Assembly (NCBI RefSeq): GCF_009914755.1
Contig: NC_060942.1
Direction: 5' to 3' (one strand)
From: the human T2T-CHM13v2.0 reference genome, Homo sapiens
Length of the DNA: 64,000 nt
This document shows, piece by piece, positions 58,209 to 64,000 of this stretch (position 1 is its first letter; each line of letters starts with the position of its first letter). The notes beneath the pieces are model-generated. The model had not been told where the DNA came from, ran no database searches, and saw only the letters and a program-made list of their open reading frames with translations. A program made the translations under genes and the position numbers.

Positions 58209-58651
58209 ATAGTCACTGATAATACCAAATAATTTTGTATGTTGGGATAGTATGGGAAGTTAACAAAAAAGGGAAAAACAATTTTGGTTTTTGTAGAAAA
58301 ACTATGCCAACACAGTTAAAAAACAGAAAAGATGATGAAAAGTTTTATATGAATTTCTGCATTAAAAAAATTAAGTTGGTTAAAGCATTAAGGGCTAAAA
58401 CTATGCCATGTACAGCAACTTATGACAATAAAATTAGACACAGAACTAAATAAATATAATATTGCATGTATTATTATTATTAAACTCTAACAAGAATAAG
58501 TTAAACTAATTTATAAAGTCACTGCAATTCACATACAAATACCTAAAAATGATGCCCTCTGTGGTGAAAAGCACAATTAGATTTCTGATTTTAATAGCTG
58601 TTATCCAATCATTTTCACATTGTTAAAAACGTTAGCATTTCAAATCCTTAC

Positions 58652-58859
58652 CTAGTTTTTCCAGATGTATTTTTGACCACTTTCCGGAAAGACTGATTTG
58701 CAGTGGATCTTGTAGAAAGCGTTCGAGGGGAAGCACGAACAAAACCAGATGGTGGATTCTTAGGGATTTTCTTTACTAAATGAGTTACCCATTTTTTTTG
58801 TTCATCCTGAGAACATGCTAACAGCAGCATATCTCTTGCTGATGTTACATCATAACTTA
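58652..58859 (-). CDS. ROCK1: ROCK1 penultimate exon (end of split PH domain and C-terminal tail), 208 bp
   Basis: AG/GT bounded. Encodes (V)SYDVTSARDMLLLACSQDEQKKWVTHLVKKIPKNPPSGFVRASPRTLSTRSTANQSFRKVVKNTSGKT(S). Phases fit the neighbouring exons. Confidence 0.95.
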
Positions 58860-59355
58860 CTATGTTAAGGAGGAAAAAAAAAGCATAATTAAAGCCATAT
58901 AGTTTTTTAAAATCCAACCTATCAAATGCATAGTTTTTCAAGTTCTTAAGGTTTTAAAAGTTTTAATATGCTTAATTAAGCATGAACAATATCTCATTCT
59001 CCTTAAGTTAAATAAGGCTGAAATTAAAAAAAAAAATTAGTCAAACTAATAAAGTAAAATCAGAAATATAACAAAATGTAAAACAAATAAATGTATTTAA
59101 AGAACATAAGCTTCTTATCTGAAAATAGCTATGGTCTGTATTCTTTCCCTCAAGCTACCTCTGTAAAACTAGAAGATATTCTGTGATACAGCATGCATGC
59201 TGATCCAGGCAGTGAATGCCAGACAAAAAGAAGAGGAAAAACTCAAGGGAGGAATAGAGTGGAACTCACCTGTTGCTCTTCTCTCCAACTTGGAATAATT
59301 TCTTAGCAGCATGTTTGTTTGTTTTTGTTTGTTTACAAGGGGGTGATTCTCTTTA

Positions 59356-59679
<324 letters not shown>

Positions 59680-59856
59680 TAAAAACATTTTTAAAAGCTA
59701 AATCTGTAAATAGCTGCATATTGCCCCACCAGTGTCAAAATAATACTTTCTATAATCTCTTTTCAACTTGGTATAGAAATCACTACACATAAGTTAGTTC
59801 ATTGAGACTTAAAATTAAATTTGTTATAAGTTGTAACAATAATTACCATGCCTTAC

Positions 59857-60118
59857 CTTTACATGGACAAATTAAGTCCTCTTTCTTATCTAAGTGATCT
59901 CTGTGGCACTTAACATGGCATCTTCGACACTCTAGGGCAGGGGGTGGCTTAAAAACATGCCAGAGAGGTTTGGCACAGGCATCACAATTGGCAGGAAAGT
60001 GGTAGAGTGTAGGAATAAACTCATGGCCTTTGTGATTTTGGAAATTAGTTTTTTCAGCTTGTTGTACTGGTTCCATCTCTACATCTTTTCTACATTCACC
60101 TTCATTTGCATATAGTAT
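59857..60118 (-). CDS. ROCK1: ROCK1 exon encoding the C1 (cysteine-rich zinc finger) insert of the split PH domain, 262 bp
   Basis: AG/GT bounded. Encodes ILYANEGECRKDVEMEPVQQAEKTNFQNHKGHEFIPTLYHFPANCDACAKPLWHVFKPPPALECRRCHVKCHRDHLDKKEDLICPCK (87 codons + 1 nt) with the H-C2-C2-H-C2 C1 pattern. Confidence 0.96.
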
Positions 60119-60240
60119 CTACATTCAGGAATGGTGAAAGGAAAAGATTTTAAAAATCTTAAGCATTGGTATATTTTACATTTACTTCACAAAAACGCTT
60201 AGGACTTAGATTCTTTAAAATTATAACTTCAGATTTTTAC

Positions 60241-60319
60241 CTGGAATATTTTAGGAATTTCTTCAGTTTCAGCTCTATACACATCTCCTTGGGTTACAGG
60301 TCTAACGTGAAACAGTTTA
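60241..60319 (-). CDS. ROCK1: ROCK1 PH-domain exon, 79 bp (missed by the ORF track)
   Basis: TTTTAG|T AAA CTG TTT CAC...ATA TTC CAG|GTAAAA encodes (D)KLFHVRPVTQGDVYRAETEEIPKIFQ, in frame with the next exon across a 122-bp intron. Upstream exons lie beyond the window. Confidence 0.94.
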
Positions 60320-60365
60320 CTAAAATGAAAATAAATACAGGCCATTTACAAAAACTCATTTATTG

Positions 60366-61125
60366 TAAAAGACATTTCACTAAAGAGGACATATGGGTGA
60401 TAAATAAGCACACAAAAAGATATTCAACATCATCAGTCATTAGAGAAATGCAAATTAAAACCACAATAAGTGTCACTACACATCTATCAGAGTTAAAAAA
60501 AATAAAAACAGTAGTAACATCAAATGCTTGTGAGAATGCAGAGAAAGTAAATCACTCATATACTGCTGATGGAAACATAAAATTACACAGCCACTCTGGA
60601 AAAAGAATATGGCAATTTCTTAGAAAACTAAACATATGCTTACCATATAACCCAGCAAATTGCACTGTTGGGCCTTTAATTTCAAGAAACAAAAATTCAT
60701 ATAACATTTTATATCTATTTAAAAAAACCTGCACATAGATGTTCATAGGAGCTTTATTCATAATAACCAAAACCTAGAAACAACCCAAATAAATGGGTAA
60801 GCAAACTGTGATACATCTATACTATGGAATACTACTCAACAAGAAAAAAACAAATTATACTTGGATTGATCTTAAGGGAATTATACTGAATGGGAAAAAA
60901 AGCTGATCAGAAAAGATTACACATTATTTGATTCCATTCATATAACACTCTTGAAGAGACAAAATTATGGAGATGGAGAACAGATTAATGTTGCTATGGA
61001 TTAGGGAGAGGTGGAGGAAGGAAGCTGCCTTTTGACTACAAAAGGAGTAGCACAGGGACACTTGTGATGGAATTGTTCTGTATTTTGAGTGTGGTGGTGG
61101 TCATACAAATCTATACACGTGAGAA
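60366..61125 (+). mobile_element. L1MC-like 3' portion (ORF2 C-terminus + 3' UTR)
   Basis: AGACATTTCACTAAAGAGGACATA...ATTAGAGAAATGCAAATTAAAACCACAA...TTCCATTCATATAAC. Translation RHFTKEDI...IREMQIKTT is typical of L1 ORF2. Confidence 0.85.
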
Positions 61126-61186
61126 AGGCATACAGATTGGAAAGAAAGGAGTAAAACTCTTTATTTGGCGATGACATGATTGTATG

Positions 61187-61554
61187 CAGTTGTCTCGTGG
61201 TATCTGTGGCAGATTGGTCCCAGGACCCAGGAGGATTTTGAAGAGAGAGAGTGAAAGAGAAAGAGAGAGAAAGAGAGGGAAGGAGGGAAGAGACAGGAAA
61301 AAAAGAAAAGATAAGAAATGGTGTAGTATTTGTATATAACCTAAGTACACCTTCCTGTATATTTAAAATTGTCTCTAGATAATATCTAATATAATGTAAA
61401 TGCTATGGAAATTGTTATTATATTATATTGTTTAGAGAAAAACAAAACTGTACATATTAAGTACAGACACAACCACAATAGGCCTAACTACATTTTCAAT
61501 CCATGTTTGGATGAATATACAGATGCAGAACCCATGGATACAGAGGGCTGACTG
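61187..61554 (+). mobile_element. MER2-like (TcMar-Tigger) MITE with internal GA-rich tract, inserted in an L1 ORF2 remnant
   Basis: Terminal inverted repeats CAGTTGTCTCGTGGTATCTGTGG / CCATGGATACAGAGGGCTGACTG. L1 FADDMIVY-like sequence continues on both sides. Confidence 0.8.
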
Positions 61555-62467
61555 TGTGTAGAAAAGCTCTGTGGAATTGATCCCAAAACCCCACAACCCT
61601 ATAAAACTGTTAAGTGCAAAGCAAGATTAAATGATTCAAGGTCAACATATAAAAACAAATACTGTTGGAACAACCAGATACCTATGTGGGGGGAAAAAAG
61701 CCAACCTGACCTAAACATCCACCTCTTACCAAACACAGACCACAAAAGGCAGAAAACATTTTAAAAATTGGTACACTGATCCTCATTAAAAGACACCATT
61801 AACAAAATCAACAGGTAAGCAACAGATTGGGAAATATTTGCATTACATATTTCTAACATAGGATTCTTATTCAGAATATATCTAGAACTCTTAAAAACCA
61901 ATCTTAAAAACATAAGCAACCCAATTTAAAAACGGGCAAAAGACTTGAAAAAAGAAAAGATATACAATGGCTAATAACGACATGAAAGATTCTTGGTATT
62001 ATTAGTTATGAGGAGAATGCAAATTAAAATAACAATGAAATAACATTTAACATCCACTAGAAAAGCTAAAATCAAAGGTTGATATCACCAAATGTTGGTG
62101 AGGATGTGGAGCAACTGAAACTCATACTGTTGGTGAATATAAAATAGTGTGACATAATAATTTTTGAGAATTGTTTGGTAGATTTTTAAAAAGTTAAACA
62201 CAGATCTACTTTATAACCCAGGATTCCAATCCTGGGTATTTACCCATGAGAAATGAAAACATAAGTTAAAAAAAGGAATGCTCATAAGTCTTATTTACGA
62301 TAGCCCCAAATTGGAAGCAACCCAAATGTCAATCAACACAAAAATGGATAAACAAATTCATGCAATGTTATACTATTCAGCAATACAAAGAACAATCAAT
62401 ACAGACACCACCACAGGTGCAGGCTGAGTGAAAGATGCTAGGCACAAAAGTGTACATTACTGTTTAA

Positions 62468-62857
<390 letters not shown>

Positions 62858-62897
62858 CAAGTGAGCTTTCTTCATAAATTAAAAAAAAAAAAAAAAA

Positions 62898-63020
62898 TTC
62901 TTTTTTCAGAGACAGGGTCTCGCTATGTTGCCCAGGCTGGTCTCAAATTGAACTCAGGCCAACCGCCCACCTTGGTCTCCCAAAGTGCTGGGATTAGAGG
63001 CATAACCACTGTGCCCAGCC
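62898..63020 (-). mobile_element. FLAM/free Alu left monomer
   Basis: AGAGACAGGGTCTCGCTATGTTGCCCAGGCTGGTCTC...CCACTGTGCCCAGCC; monomer length only. Confidence 0.8.
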
Positions 63021-63695
63021 ACAAGTGAGTTTTCTAAAGAAATACGATTTTTTTAAATCTTGTATTGAGTGATTATATGAATGTTTACAACTGTAAAAAG
63101 TTACTGAAGAGAACACTTAAGATCTATGAACTTTATTGTGGGAAATTATACCTTAATAAAGAGAGGAAAGAAATCTCTCATCAATCTAAAAAGTATTTAA
63201 CTTAGTTGAAAGATAGTATCTTTCATACTAGTGTTTATGTATTATTTCGCTTAAGCTGATAATTTAAATTTTGACAACTAAAGCTGTTTATTAAAAAAAC
63301 AGAAAATAAAGAAAGAGTATTCTCTAGAACTTGCTTAATTCTTTTCACATTCTAACTATAACCAGCTCCACAAATACTTAATTCCAAAGGGATGATAATA
63401 CTTTATTTTATATATATATTTCTTTTAAAAAGCAGTTACCAGACTTGACTTTGAATATATATTTTGTTGAATATGTTTTGCCTTTTCTCCTGCTAGTCGG
63501 TAAGGTCCTTAATGATGGAATTTACTCATCTTTATACATACTACATAATCTATGATAATATAAGCAGCAATAATTAAGAAAAGATTTTAGAATGAATATA
63601 AGAAAAAATACTATATTATAGGCCTCTTTGACCTATCATTACAAAAGAACAGATATATTTATATTTCCCCTTAATAATGACCAAAGAATCCTACA

Positions 63696-63905
63696 CAGTT
63701 GTTCTTTTATATCCACAGGGAACTGATTCCAGGAACTCCAAAAATATCAAAGTCCAAGTATGCTCAAGGCTCTTATATAAAATGGTGTGGTATTTGCATA
63801 TAACCTAGGCACATCCTCCTGTATGCTTTAAAATCATCTCTGTATTACTCATAAGACATAATACAGTATAAATGCGATGTAAACAGTTGTTATACTGTAT
63901 TTTTT
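63696..63905 (+). mobile_element. Second MER2-like element (partial)
   Basis: CAGTTGTTC...AAAATGGTGTGGTATTTGCATATAACCTA...CATCCTCCTGTA, homologous to 61187-61554. Confidence 0.75.
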
Positions 63906-63934
63906 AAAGAAATTTCTATTATTAATAGTTATAA

Positions 63935-64000
63935 AATATATATATTATATATATAAATATATATATTTATTTATATATATATATTTTATATATTTTATAT
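63935..64000. repeat. Imperfect (TA)n / AT-rich simple repeat
   Basis: Pure A/T run ATATATATATTATAT... to the window end. Confidence 0.9.

Noticed and set aside
58860-58941. N-terminal part of ORF 58648-58941 (MKNYAFDRL...)
   Set aside because: Intronic polypyrimidine tract; the real exon starts at the AG acceptor at 58859.
60166-60738. 190-aa + strand ORF overlapping a ROCK1 exon
   Set aside because: Chance fusion of antisense exon/intron sequence with a decayed L1 ORF2 C-terminus; non-ATG start.

Overview
Primate (almost certainly human) centromere-to-arm boundary, best matching chr18q11.1. Bases 1-45451 are uninterrupted alpha satellite (~171-bp monomers). Bases 1-37007 are about 2.6 near-identical copies of a very large higher-order repeat: a 14,627-bp, 86-monomer unit built from 8-18-monomer variants of a ~1.7-kb 10-mer (D18Z2-like), with a 7-monomer deletion in the first copy. 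Bases 37008-43168 are a more divergent copy of the same monomer family, and 43169-45451 is alpha satellite in inverted orientation. The satellite stops abruptly mid-monomer at 45451 and is followed by ordinary TE-rich euchromatin: an AluJ > full-length THE1B > AluS nest, many Alus, and L1, MER2 and LTR40 relics. The last four exons and 3' UTR of ROCK1 lie on the minus strand, transcribed toward the centromere and ending about 6.5-9.4 kb from the satellite. All ORFs in the satellite and TEs are spurious. I find no novel protein-coding system. The interesting signals are structural: the hierarchical super-HOR, its recombination scars, the inverted terminal block and the sharp satellite/gene junction. 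Locus and family names come from recall, not a database search.
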